From contig NC_045697.1 of assembly GCF_009834535.1 (NCBI RefSeq), positions 97,156,001-97,220,000 of the forward strand: a stretch of 64,000 bases of DNA. Reading direction: 5' to 3'. The translations under genes were made by a program, and so were the position numbers. This DNA comes from Camelus ferus. Its lineage: Eukaryota. Under the pieces are notes generated by a model. The model saw nothing but the letters and a program-made list of their open reading frames with translations, made no database searches and was not told the DNA's origin. This document shows, piece by piece, positions 37,086-50,560 of the stretch (positions are counted from its first letter, which is position 1; each line of letters opens with the position of its first letter).

Positions 37086-38684
37086 AAAAAAAGGTTCAAA
37101 TGACAGTTCAATTATTATACATATACTACTTACAAGTTCTATTTTTTGTTTGTTCTTTTCTTTCTTTGTTATCTCTTAAAGAATTTTAAGCGTATATTTA
37201 GTAGTTTCCTTCTTTTTATCCTATTATTTTCAGTTTTTAATGTCAATTTGTTTCTTGCATATACTAACTGTCATGGAGGCTCACTTCTCATGTTTTATAA
37301 CTGGGTTTTAAGAGGTAATTTTCATCAGATAGTTTTTTCACATCTGGTTATATTCTTTCAATTTCCTTATTTCTGACAAGGTTATATGGCTTTCAGTGCT
37401 ACTGGAAAAATTGTAGGTAAATATCATAAATATTACAGCTAGGCAGAGATGTGTTTTTCCCAAGACTTTGATTTTTTTTTCCAGCCATCTTTTTTACCTT
37501 TATACTAAAGACTATACAGAATGGAAATATTATGTCCACATTTTTGTGTGTAGAGATTTTTTATTTCACATTTAATAAATGGAGAATCTCTGAAAGGATT
37601 TTCAAGTAGTATTTCAGGGTCAGAAAGTAGAGTTTAACCACCTTCATTCAACAGCCTGAGGCCATTTGTCCTGTCTTCCTCTGTGGATTAGAAAGCTAGG
37701 CTTCAGCCTTTAAAGGCTAAATATAGGATGGAAATCACTATGGATTATAGGGCTGTCAGCTCACACCATACTGCTTCTTATTATTTTTTGTGCTTCTTGA
37801 ATCATTCCTTTCATTCCTTTGTGCTTGATTAGATATTAGTTTTAGAGTTTCATTTTATCTATGATCTCATGTTTGTAGCAGAGGGGAAATTATCTGAGTC
37901 AGCTTAGGTCATTGTGCTTTTAATAAAAAGAAAGCGGTGTAAACAATCAACTAAGTTGTCCTATTAAAGACAGTAAGCAGCTGAACTCCATATCTGTTTC
38001 TCCTTTACTTTGGTTCTCTCATCCTCCATGTTCTCTCATCTCTTTTCCACATTTCTGTGCTAGCCTGTTTTCTCTTTCAAAATAACTAGAGACCTAATCT
38101 TGTCATTATTATGTGGCCATTCTACCACTTCACTCAGTTTTCTCCAGACACCAAAATTCCTTCTTGATCTTCAATTTAGTTAAATATAATTCCTGGAAAT
38201 AATTTCTCTAGTTATAGGTTTAGATAATTATTTTATGGCATTATTTTAAAAATTATCTTTTAAATGTTGATTTTCAATAGCCTGCTCCAGAAGAGATACT
38301 TGCTGTTAGAGAAGACAAAGAACAAAAGACAAAACCCACAAAAATATCTAACATGCCCTAAAAGATTTGTAATTCTGAGATAAGAAGAAACTCGTTGGAA
38401 AATCACACACACAACTGTAAGAAGACGTAAAGCTATCGTGAAAGCCGTGACATTGCCACAACCCTTAATAAGCTGGAGTAGCCTTTATTAGATATCTTAG
38501 ACTATATTTAAAGCAATATGATTCCAACAAAGAGTGGAATCATTCCAATACCTATTTCAGATTGTTTTTGTTTCTGTTTGCTTGTTTATTCCCTAGACTC
38601 AAATGTTTTCTCTATCTGATTTCTTGACACTATTTGTTTTTGTGTTTCAAAGCACTCTATACTTATTAAAAGTAAAGCACCACA

Positions 38685-38768
38685 TAGTGAATGCACTAAA
38701 TGCCACTGAATTGTACACCTGAAAATGACTGATTTTATGTTGTGTGAATTCCACTACAATAAAAAAAT
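38685..38768 (+). mobile_element. L1MB-type 3' stub
   Basis: GTGAATGCACTAAATGCCACTGAATTGTACAC...TTTTATGTTGTGTGAATT...CAATAAAAAAA. Confidence 0.8.
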
Positions 38769-39107
38769 TGGAACTTTTCTCACCACCAGTGTTGTCAGAA
38801 AAGAGCCAATTAATTTCAACTTACGTACTGAGTTCAATCCTAACTTAGTCTTTGCTTAAGTTCAAATATGGAAATAAGACATTTGAGAGAGTTTGCCTGG
38901 CATCCCCTAATTTTCAAACCTAGTTTCTCATGAATCTATACATTTTGTTGAGTTGGAAGAGATTGCCTACCTTAAGCTTATTCCTTCCACCAGCTTACCT
39001 CCTGCTCAATTTTTAACCCTCTACAATTGGGCTTTCACCTGTGCCATTCCAGGAACAGCTCCTTCTAATACACTTTCCTACTCTTTAATAAATCCAATGA
39101 GTATTTT

Positions 39108-40231
39108 TTTTAACATTTTTATTGAGTTATAGTCATTTTACAATGTTGTGTCAAATTCCAGTGTAGAGCACAATTTTTCAGTTATACATGAAAATACATA
39201 CATTCATTATCACTTTTTTTTTGCTGTGAGCTGCCACAAGATCTTGTATATATTTCCCTGTGCTATACAGTATAATATTGTTTATCTATTCTGCATATGC
39301 CTGTCAGTATCTACAAATTTTGAACTCCCAGTCTGTCCCTTCCCACCCTCCTCCCCTTTGGCAACCACAAGTTTGTATTCTATGTCTATGAGTCTGTTTT
39401 TGTTTTGTATTTATGTACATTCTTTTTTTTTTTTTTTTTTAAGATTCCACATATGAGTGATCTCATATGGTATTTTTCTTTCTTCTTTCTGGTTTACTTC
39501 ACTTAGAATGACATTCTCCAGGGACATCCATGTTGCTGCAAATGGTATTATGTTGTCATTTTTTATGGCTGAATAGTATTCCATTGTATAAATATACGAC
39601 ATCTTCTTTATCCAGTCATCTGTTGATGGACATTCAGGCTGTTTCCATGTCTTGGCTATTGTAAATAGTGCTGCTATGAACATTGGGGTGCAGATGTCTT
39701 TTTGAAGTAGGGTTCCTTCTGGATATATGCCCAGGAGTGGGATTACTGGGTCATATGGTAAGTCTATTTCTAGTCTTTTGAGGAATCTCCACACTGTTTT
39801 CCACCATGGCTGTGCCAAACTGCATTGCCACCAGTAATGTAGGAGGGTTCCCTTTTCTCCACAGCCTCTCCAGCACTTGTCATTTGTGGACTTTTGAATG
39901 ATGGCCATTCTGACTGGTGTGAGGGGATACCTCATTGTAGTTTTGATTTGCATTTCTCTGATAATTAGTGATATTGAGCAGTTTTTCATGTGCTTATTGA
40001 CCATTCATATGTCTTTATTGGAGAATAGCTTGTTTAGGTCTTCTGCCCATTTTTGGATTGGTTTGTTTGTTTTTTTCTTATTAAGTCGTATGAGCTGCTT
40101 ATGTATTCTGGAGATCAAGCCTTTGTTAATTTCATCATTTGCAAAACTTTTCTCCCATTCCATAGGTTGTCATTTTGTTTTACGTATGGTTTCCTTTGCT
40201 GTGCAGAAGCTTGTAAGTTTAATTAGGTCCA
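39108..40231 (-). mobile_element. youngest-looking 5'-truncated L1 (ORF2 C-terminus plus 3' UTR)
   Basis: 197-codon open ORF2 C-terminus (39411-40004) with intact CX3CX7HX4C ([18 protein letters not shown]); short TSD AGTATTTT at 39100-39107 / 40232-40239. Confidence 0.95.
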
Positions 40232-42544
40232 AGTATTTTCTAACCATAAGTTTTCTGCAATACTGAAAATGGAGATGACAATCTTCCTCTTGAATATCTC
40301 TTGTAATTTGTTTTTCTTTTAATGGCCTTGTCTGATTCTCCACCTTTCTCATTTCTTAGTATAGTTTGCTCATTCTAATTTTTCTACCTGTCCTTTTGAT
40401 GTGGAAATTTCACATTATTTAGTGAACAGATCTCTTTTCTTATAGTTCTTTAATACATCCTTTATGCAATTTAAGCTCACACATCACTTACAGAAACACC
40501 TATTGTTCTGCTAAACCTCAGATTAATGTAGTAAATTAAGTGCAGTCTCTACTGCTACCAATAGGCTGCTGAATACCTCTAGATAAAATTACTTTATGTT
40601 GAAGGGTGCAAATTACATCTCTCCCAATCTCAGCTGTGCTCTCAGTTATTCCTTTCTGTCTTCAATCACTTGCCTATCTCATTCTCCAGAGCAAACATTC
40701 TGAACCTCTAAACACTCTTCAAGAAAATTCAGTTAATGTAAATTCCATGAGAAAAAGGACATATTAGCCATTCCATGCATATATTTACTGAATGAAATAA
40801 TGAATGACAACCTGTATTTTACTTACATAATTGAATCTATGTTTTTATTTAGTACCTCGAAAATGTTTTCTTCTTTACATGTCTTACATAATAATAATAA
40901 ACTATATATATTTATTCAATGATTCATGTATGCAGTAGGTAAATTTTGTATTATAAAATAGTCTATCCATTCTTCCCTGCGTATGTCAGTAAGCCTTAAC
41001 TGAGATGCAGACTAATTACTACTGATAATTATTTCTTAGATGTATAAAATCTCCCTTTAGACCAGTATCAATGTTTTTGTAACCTAAACAGTATCAATGT
41101 AAGTAATCTAACATTACTTTTTCAAAGGAAAGTTACTGCTATTAAACTTAGAGTTAAGAAAGGAAGAAATAATTGTAACCATTTCTGGGCATTAAATAAA
41201 ACAGTGAGTAATAATACTGTTCATTTGAAAGAACAATTTGTACCTGCATTTTTTCCTTTGGCTATATAAAGATATCTTTTAAAAATTATACGATGATGAT
41301 AATATTTACTAACTTAATAAACTATCCCAATTTTTAATTATAAAAGAGTATGATAAAATCTTCCTAAAAATTAGCTACAGTAAAGCCAAATATATTATAT
41401 AATGCCATAACTTAAAAGACTTTACCCAACTTATGATCAATACCATGTGATAATCAAGCTAGTGAAGTTATAGTTCTGTACTATCAGTCTTCTCACCTGA
41501 TTTTGAATTAACATGTTTGTTTTGCCTTAACATTTTTATTGCTAAAGTTTACCTTTATAATTAACTCATTTTATAATTAAATCATTTTTCTTCTTCTTAG
41601 CCATTCTTGGAACAGTACATTCTTATTATATTACAATCATTGTCATTTTATTCAGTAGCCCCTTCTGCTGGTTTTATGCTGATTCTAAGCTGATGCAAAT
41701 ATTCTGACTTTCAAGCCATTTCATTTCCCCTACTACTTTTCTGAATAAATTATTTGTACCTGCATGTATCTTGTCCTTTTTTCTTCTTTTCCTAGCCCAC
41801 TGAAATTAATTAAAAGAAAAATAGACATTCTTTAAAATATTCTCTCTTTAATCAATCTAACCTGGCTAGAGGGTGTCTGGTGGCTGAAGATTTGGTTCAG
41901 AGCTTCTTCAAAACAGTAAGTAAAGCTGAACCCCCCAACATGGCAACACCAGGATAGCTTCCCCTCAGGAAGCTTCACTCTAATTGTTCTTTCTAGGAGG
42001 CTGGTTTATTTTTATACCATGAACTTCCTTGACTAAGTCTTCATAGAAACTCTTTTTATTATTGACAACTACAGTGAATTCAAGATGACAGAAGAATATA
42101 CATATAAATATGTCACAATTTAGAACAAGAAAAACAAGTAATGACAAAAAGAAAAACATATTAAAATCAATATGCATGTCTCTATTTTAGGGAGTCTTTA
42201 TTTCCTCTTATTTCACAGACATTCAGAAAAAAACTACTATCTGAGCTGTCTCACCTTAGATCTCCTACTCATTCATATTTCCGTAAAATGCTGCATTTTT
42301 TTCTTGGTCATTTTTGCATGTAATTAAGCAGGATGTACGTTACCAATATACTTGTACTATAAAGATTTATGTCTACCTCACAGCCCCCATATTTACTTTC
42401 TAGGCCAACTTTGGTAAAATTTCACCTTGGCTGACTTATTCCAATGTTACTTTATCAATGAGAGAAGGTTGTTTAGACATATAAATGGTCTTGAAAGCCC
42501 TAATATAAACTTACATTAATGTAAATTAAAATAATTAAAAGAAT

Positions 42545-42830
42545 AAGCATGGGTTCAAATTCTACCTTAAGCATTTACTGTTTGCAAGAGTTTGCCAAAT
42601 TAGTTGACTTCCCTAAACCTAAGATTCTATAAACTTCGTGGGATGCTTTCTATTGTGCAGCCTTGGAAGTAATATATGGCAGCCCAAGAAAAAAAAATTT
42701 AATATGTTGAATATGAAATGTAACACAGACCTCTTTATTGTCTTTTTTCAGATGGAGGGGAGGAAGGTTAAGTTATATAATCTATGTAAGGTATTTAGAA
42801 GAGTATCTTGAACACAGCACTTTCCCAGTG
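42545..42830 (+). mobile_element. fragmented MIR
   Basis: GGGTTCAAATTCTACCTTAAGCATTTACTG...TTGACTTCCCTAAACCT...TGTAAGGTATTTAGAAGAGTATCTTG. Confidence 0.6.
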
Positions 42831-44037
42831 ATTAAGGGATATCAGTGTTAATAGTTTTTATCCTCCATCAACCTTTGCTGCACAAATACTTTTAAAATAT
42901 TTAAAACTTTAGTATCCTATATCCCAGATAATTAATCCATTGTCTGCTGCCATTCATTTTAAGTACTTTGTCATAAATAGCATTAAAGTTTGTCATGTAA
43001 CCTATCTTAATGTCAAAAAAAATCAGAAATATACTCATTATGCAGTAGTTTGTAAAAACACATATTTTGTTATTATGTAACAAAATAAGCATATTGCAAT
43101 ATCTGTGGATCTATGAATCTATGATTATTTACTTTATCTGACAATATCCTTATCCAGTAACACTTTATAGCATCAAAACCCTTTGGAACAGAGTATATAC
43201 ATACACAATAGAAATCTGCTAAGCACTACTTCATTACTCTAAAATAATTCATCGTAATTAATACATAATTTCAATAATTGACTTACCCTTGCTCTGCCTC
43301 AGTCTTGTCTTGAGTATTTTATGCTGGAGATGAAATGATATGCCCCATAGAGAAAACTTTTTACTGAAGACAAATTTAATTTGATTAAAGAGAACAAAAT
43401 TAAAAGAAGAGTCACAATGTAACCGTTAGTGTGGAGTTGCCCAGTGTCCTTTGTGCTCGATAGTTGTCTTTCAGAAGTGTGAGATTGAAAGGAGGTTTGG
43501 GGATTGCCTCTGATTTGTAGTATTTGTTCTGAATTGTCTGGAATTCTATTTGTTTTCTAGCCCAGTGCTGACATGGGGTTGATGGCTGTAAGTGTCTTGT
43601 CATTGTCCCCACAGAATCCTTTTCCTTATCTGCTCTTGGCAGATTGTTACTACCATTTAAGGGAAGACTTCTCTACTGGTTTATCAGCCTTATTTTCATA
43701 GCTTCTTATTTCCCAGTGTCAAAAAGTATTATGTACATTAAAAAAATGTTCATTCATCCATGCCAGGCAATTGTAAGCAGAATTATATTTTAAGTGATAT
43801 AGCCAGCAAAACTGACCTTGGTTAGCCTCAAAGCTTGTCAGAAATATGACCGTTTCTTCCATTCAGGTTTTATTTACAGAATGCAAGAGCTGAGCTTAAA
43901 GGAAAGTGGACTGTTTTATGAGCAGAAGGGCACAAATATTTCTTAAATATCATGCACTGTGCCTTCTTCAGCAAATAACAGCCTGGCATTTTATTTGTAC
44001 AAAGTGACTAGAGTCCAGTATTCTGTTGTGTCCTACA

Positions 44038-44230
44038 GAGTTGATTTCCAGTATGTAGTCCCTGGAAGAGCAACAGCAGCATCGCCAGGGAACTTATTAG
44101 AAATTCAAATTCTCAGACTCCACCTCCCAAAATTCCAGGATCAGAAACTGGGGTGGAGCTCAAAATTTCAGTTGGTTTTAAACAGTCCTCCTGGTGATTC
44201 TGAAGCTCAATCAAGTTTGAGAACCACTAG
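44038..44230. mobile_element. MER5A-like hAT-Charlie MITE
   Basis: CAGCAGCATCGCCAGGGAACTTATTAGAAATTCAAATTCTCAG...GGTGATTCTGAAGC...AAGTTTGAGAACCACT. Confidence 0.88.
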
Positions 44231-46479
44231 AGTAAGCAAGCTGTAAGCCATATTTACAAGCAAGATGAGTTCATGTTTTTTAATTGCCATTTATTTCTGC
44301 AACTTCCCTAGTCATGAAATTCATTATGTGAAAATTAGTTAATTAATTGATTGATTAATTAGTTAAATAAAGGTCACTCAAAGCAGTGCTTGGAAGAAAA
44401 CCAGAAAATGAAAGCTTACAAATTTGAAGTTCATCAATTCACACTGTTATTAAAAAAAAGAAGAAGAACAATGAGGGTAGGGGTTGAGTAGGTAACTGAA
44501 GTAAAAAATGCATACAGTAAACAGCAAAAGAAAACCATAGAGGGAGAACAACAAAAGTCAGAAAGGAAAGAACCCTAGTCCCAAATCTTGCAATAATCCC
44601 TTTGACTCACTGATAGTTACAAACAATTCCAATGATCTGTTACCAAACAAGGCAAGCATTCCAGACACACATGTTGGGAATTTACTCTACAGTGCAGCTT
44701 ATGAAAACAGTGAACCCATTTGCTGCCATAAAAAAACAAGTGTGTACTACCCAGAAATGTCTCAAGAAAATACTGCCAGATTGGGTAATAGCTTTATGAA
44801 TAAGACTGGAAAGTAGAGGGTTCTATGGAGCTTAATAGTCAAGACAGGGAGTTGGAAAAAATGCATTTTTTCTTCAGTCATTCATGTAACAGCAGTTTTA
44901 TTTTAAAAGATTTCATGCTGAAACTAGAAATGCTCTGAAAAGAGAAACGGTGAGAATTCCCGTTTTGAAATGAGCTGAGTAGGAGTGAAAATATTGCCAA
45001 GTGGGCTGGCTGCATCTCAGGATCATTGTAAAAATAAGTTATGGTGAACTCAGGCCTGAGTCAAAGGCTACAACCACAGAGGGCAGGATAATGGCTGAGT
45101 GCTGAGGGTCACATTCCATTCCCATCGCTATGAAAATAGAAAGCAAATATGAAGAATGAAGCTTTGGTGTGCACAGAGAATGTCAGGCAGTTCAGTTACA
45201 GAATAGAAGGTTTGCTCTTTTCTCATCAAGAAAGGCTATATAAAACTGTATATTTTTCTTCAAATCCATAAAACATGCAACCTGCTAACAATATCATGAT
45301 AAATCCTTGCCCTGTGCAATTGTTTTTTATGGAAATAAATGCAAACAATTAGAGTGAATCACTTACAATAATAAAAACATTATTTCCTTGCAATATGTAT
45401 TTTATAAGGCAGAAGTTCCTTTAATATTGAATGGCCAAATTTTAAAAATAACTTTCAATTTGGAGAACAAACATAATATGACTTCCAAATAATAATCTTT
45501 AATGCATATTATACTTTTTCAAATCCTCAAACCTCACATAATACTTTCATTCTATATACAGTTCATAGCCAGTTGGCTGTCTCAAAATAGTAATGTTTAT
45601 TTAATATTTACATAATGTTAAAGCCTGTAATTTGCTATTAGCCACTGCATTTCCTACTTATTGATAATTTTCTCCATCAGTCTTTGAGGTTAACTTTCAT
45701 TGTTTTATGAAAGCAATTTAGCTATGACTCTAAATAAAAGAAAAACATATACAGAGCTCAGTACTTGAATTCAAGCCGTCAATGACTAATTTCCTACTTT
45801 GAACCAAATCATTATAAATAATGTATCCTTTGGAGAATTATCCACTGGAGAATAATTTTCTATACAAAAAAATCTTGAAAAATGATAGTATTTTAGGACC
45901 ATAAAGAAATCTTACTGAAATATTGTCTAGTGTAATTCCCACTGCACAGAAAAGGAAGCTGAACTTCGAATTGCAGTAATTTGCCTATATCACATAGTGA
46001 CAGAATTAAGAGCCAAATGGATTCCCAGCAGATTATAAACTCTTTGAGGGAAGAGTATTTTTTTTTATATTTTAAAGTATGCAGAGCACATATAATCACT
46101 AGGTAATTTTCATGAATGAAATATATTTTAGAGCTTTTTTCAAGTTGAAAACTGGGGATGATATATGTATGTCAAAGACAAACACTTAATCTCCCTGAAA
46201 TTTAAACTTCTCTGGTATGTAGGGATAATATCGCATTTATTGTGTCTCAGAACAAAGCACAATATCTAGTACATAGTAAATGTTTAATAAAAAATGTTGA
46301 ATTAGTGAATAAAAACAATATTTTACATATTGGTTGTAGTAATTAATAGTTACTATTTTTATTATATTTATATTAATATTAAGTGGTTGAGTTAATGAAT
46401 ATAAACATATATTATATCCAGTGTATCTAAAATATATCTCACTTTAAAAGAAAGCAAACTACAAAAACAGACAACCAAA

Positions 46480-46912
46480 TGTGATAGTTTTATGTATCAA
46501 CTTGGCAAGACCATAGTATCCAGTTATCTAATCAAACACTAAATAATATGTTGCTGTGAAGGTGTTTTGTAGATGTAGCTCACCCCTACATCAGTTGATT
46601 TTAACTAAAGGATATTACTCTGGATAATATGAGTAGGCCTCATCCTGTCAGTTAAAAACCTCAAGAGCAAACATTGAGGTTTCTTGAAGAGGAAATTCTG
46701 CCTCAAGACTATAACATGGAAATTCTGAGTTTCCAGCATGCCTGCCTACCTACAGATTTCAGAATTGCCAGCATCCACAATCACATGAGCCTAGTCCTTA
46801 ATATATTATATATGTGTGTGTGTGTATATATATGTAGAGAGAGAGAGAATATCTATATACCTATATCTATATATTACTGGTTCTGTTTCTCTAGAGAATT
46901 CTGACTGACACA
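46480..46912 (+). mobile_element. MLT2-type (ERVL) solo LTR
   Basis: TGTGATAGTTTTATGTATCAACTTGGC...GAGGAAATTCTGCCTCAAGACT...TTCTGTTTCTCTAGAGAATTCTGACTGACACA, with the typical internal (TA/TG)n. Confidence 0.88.
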
Positions 46913-47674
46913 CTAGAGTTATCAATTCAACTCGGAAAATACCTGGCACCTCCTGGTATGAGTTTTATTAGAAAATTACTGTCTTCTTTAATATTAGAGT
47001 ATCTAATTCTTTACCAATACATGACCGAAAAAACAGAAAATAGTATTTTTCTGATTAGTTGGCCAAAAATGTGTATCTCATTTATTTATTTTCTCTTTCC
47101 TGACTGAACAAAGCATTCAGACTCTCCGCCAGGGCTTTCTGTTAGGTCATAATTTTCATGAAGATATTAGGATCCTCTAAAAGCAAACACAGTTTAAATA
47201 TTCCTGCTTTGTGGCCTGCTTTATTTTCAATTCCTTGAATGTAATTACCTACTTCTCTATTGTTTGGCTAAAACATGTCACAGATAAGAAAACAATGGTT
47301 TACAATATATTACACCCAAATTTTGAAACATCCTAAATTAAGTTATTTATGTTTTTTTTTAAAGAACAAATTTGCAAAAACCAGACACTTAAACTGATTG
47401 GTGTACCCTTGCTGAGTATGTGTTTTGAGAAGAGTTTAACTGAAACCATCTGTTGATGATTCATTCACTGTTGAATCATCTAAAACTTTTTTTTTTTACC
47501 AATTTGTACCAATGTTCAACAAAATGCCTTCCAAACTTTCTGAATTACCTTCGTCCACTAAAAAAAGAAAGTCAACCGAAAAAGCAAATAAAGAAATAAA
47601 TGAATCAGTACAATTTTCTGCAATTGATATGATCATGTGAATTTCATTAGTCTGTTTTTTCCATCCATGTGGTT

Positions 47675-48705
47675 TTATTTTTTTTTTCCCAGGTTTATTG
47701 ATATATAATTGACACATAGCCTTGTGTAAGTTTAAGGTGTACCAAGTGTTGATTTGTTACATTTATAAATTACAAAATGATTATCACTATTATATTAGCT
47801 ACCACTTCCATCTCATCATATACTTACCATTTCTTTTTTGTGATGAGAACATTTAAGATCTACTCTTTTAGCAACATTCAAATATACAATACCATATTAT
47901 TAGCTATAATGGCCATGATGTACATTAGGTCCCTAAACTTGTTAATCTTATAACTGGAAATGTGTACCGTTTAGACAGTATCTCCCTGTTTCCCCTACCC
48001 TAGATCCTGGTAACCACCACTCTACTATTTGTTTCTCTGAGTTTGTCTTTTTTAGATGCCACATATAAGTAATATCATACAGTACCTGCATTTCTCTGAC
48101 TTATTTCACTTTATGTGATGTCCTCTGGGTCCATCCAAGTTGTCACATGGCAGGATTTCCTTCTTTATCATGGCTGAATAATATTTCATTATATTACACT
48201 ACATATATATGACATTTAGGTTGTTTCCCTATCTTGGCTATTGTGAATAATACTGCAATGAACAGGGGAATGCAGATAGCTCTACAAGATCCTGATCTCA
48301 ATTCTTTTGAATATATACCCAGAGTGGGTTTGCTGGATCATATGGTAGTTCTAGTTGTAATTCTTTAGAAACCTCCATATTGTTGTCTGTAGCGGTTGTA
48401 TCAAATTATATTCCCACCAACAGTACACTGGGGTTTCCTTTTCTCAACACCCATGCCAACATTTATCTCTTGCCTATTTGATGATAGCCATTCTAACTTT
48501 ATGAGGTCGATATCTCATTATGGTTATAATTTGCATTTCCTTGACAATTAGTGATGCTGAGTGATGATTAATGATGTTGAGCACCTTTTCATATACCTGT
48601 TGGTCATTTGTATGTCTTCTTTAGAAAACTATTCAGTTCCTCTGCCCATTTCCTAATTGTGTTTTAGATTTTTTGCTATTGAGTTGTATGTGTTCTGTAT
48701 ATTTT
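47675..48705 (-). mobile_element. L1MA-type 3' end
   Basis: Poly(T), TTTATTGATATATAATTGACA...GATGAGAACATTTAAGATCTACTCT...GGATCATATGGTAGTTCTA. Confidence 0.9.
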
Positions 48706-48949
48706 CATGGTGTGATTCCCAGTGCTGCAGCTCTCTGTGGCCATGGAGCAGCCAGAGCTGGAAGCAACACTGGAAGGATACTGAAGCTTCATGGGACAGT
48801 GGGGGAAAAACTGAAGCTTCAGGGACACAGAGAAGGAAATCAAAGCCTCAGGGAACAGCAATAAGGGAGTGGCAACAAAAGTACAGTTTTCAAAATTAAG
48901 GCCAGAAACAGAGTTTTTAGTAAAGTATTTGGTCAATAATTTGAAGTAG

Positions 48950-49595
48950 AGGACATTCATGTTTCTGTAATAGATAGAACTAATAGAAAATCAGTAAGGA
49001 TATAGAATACACAACACCATCAACCAACAAGATCTAATTAATATCTACAGAACACTGCACTCAACAACAGCAGAATATACAGATTTTGAAGTGCACATGG
49101 AACATTCACCAAGGTAGACCATTTAGGGAATCATAAGGACCACCTCAACAAATTGAAAAGAAGTGAAATAATACCAAGTATGTCCTTTAACTATAATGGA
49201 ATTAAACTAGACTAATAACAAAAAGATAACAGAAAAAATTTGAAACATCTTGAAACTAAACAGTACAGTTCTAATTAATTACTGGGTCAAAAAGGATGTC
49301 TCAGGAAAAAAATAGAAAATACTGAGAATTGAATGAAAACAATAATGTAATATATCAAAATTTGTGACCATAGCAGTCCTTAGAGAGAAAGCACTAAAGC
49401 AATGCTACAGGAATGGAACAGCTAAACAATGCTGAAGGAGAAATTTATAAATGTTCTTATTAGAGAAGAAGAAAACTCTCAAATTAATAATCTAAACTTT
49501 CACTTTAAAAAAGTAAAATTTAAAAACTCTAAATAAATCTAAACCAAGGAGAAGGAAAGAAATAAAGAGCAGAAATCAATGAAATTGAAAACAGA
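48950..49595 (+). mobile_element. old L1 ORF2 endonuclease-region fragment
   Basis: CAACAACAGCAGAATATAC...GTGCACATGGAACATTCACCAAGGTAGACCAT...GCAGAAATCAATGAAATTGAAAAC. Confidence 0.88.
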
Positions 49596-49599
49596 CCAT

Positions 49600-50560
49600 T
49601 AGGATATACCTACATTTAGAAATGTGATAAGATGGTAAACCAGTGAAAGACTCAAGAGTTATGAGAGTAGGAAAGAAAAAAAAAGAGAGAGAGATAACTT
49701 TCTTTGGATTTTAGGGATAAGTTTAAAGAGGAATATGCTGGTCAGTAATGTTAATACTGCAAAGATCCAGGAGGAAAATTAGAAGCAGTGGATTAAGTGT
49801 GATAATTAGGGAATCATTCCTGATTTTTAATATAATGATAAAATCAAAGTGGTGTAGAAGAGAGATTTTGATTATCTGAATAGCGAGTAAGAGATAAAGA
49901 GATGGGAATAATTTTGTTGACTTTCTTGAGGAGTGAGTGTGAGCTTTATCAGGTGGCTGGATTAAAGAAAAGTGTTTTAGTATATATTCCAACTGACAAT
50001 GATTGAAGGTCTTAGCAAAGAGCCGCAGGGAAAGAGTAAATAGAAGATGAATAATTAGAAGATGAAAGAACAGAAGGGGAAATGATCACTAGAACAAGAT
50101 CAAGGGAATGTAGGTGTGATGGGACACCAGAATAGGCCAGAGGTGTCATGGCTGGGGAGGGTAAGATGACATTAACTTGGAAAAGGGGAATGGCAGTTCA
50201 TCCTTTGAAAAGAGAAATGGTTAGCAAATCATGGACAATGAGCAGAGAAATTTTTACAAAGATGGATAGCAACCTTAAAGAAGTTCATATTAGACTGTTG
50301 CTATTTGTAAATTAAAAGGTAAGGTTAACTCACTGTTTTAGCGAGAGGGTCAGAATGGCCTTAGGGCCCTCAGAGTGGTGAAAATGCTGCAATATGTGCA
50401 ATTAGGATCATGTATAAGGATTTATGTATGTATGAATAAAAAGAACCCTGTTTAGCACAGATGACCCAACTGAGGTTAGATGCAATGAATTTTAGTGAAA
50501 CAAGGAAGCATGACTAAAGAATTTCTCAAAAATCTAGTGGTAAAATATCTCCACCATTTT
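49600..50560 (-). mobile_element. degenerate L2 fragments
   Basis: Purine-rich antisense L2-like sequence (GGTCAGTAATGTTAATACTGCAAAGATCCAGG...). Confidence 0.5.

Noticed and set aside
39411..40004. 197-aa ORF, the longest in the window
   Set aside because: It is the C-terminus of L1 ORF2 in a 5'-truncated copy, not a host gene. The same applies to the ORFs at 27812, 28615, 36766 and 61964 and their antisense shadows.
44330..44368. AT-only quasi-palindrome AATTAGTTAATTAATTGATTGATTAATTAGTTAAAT
   Set aside because: Low-complexity (ATTA/ATTG)n; symmetry is expected by composition.
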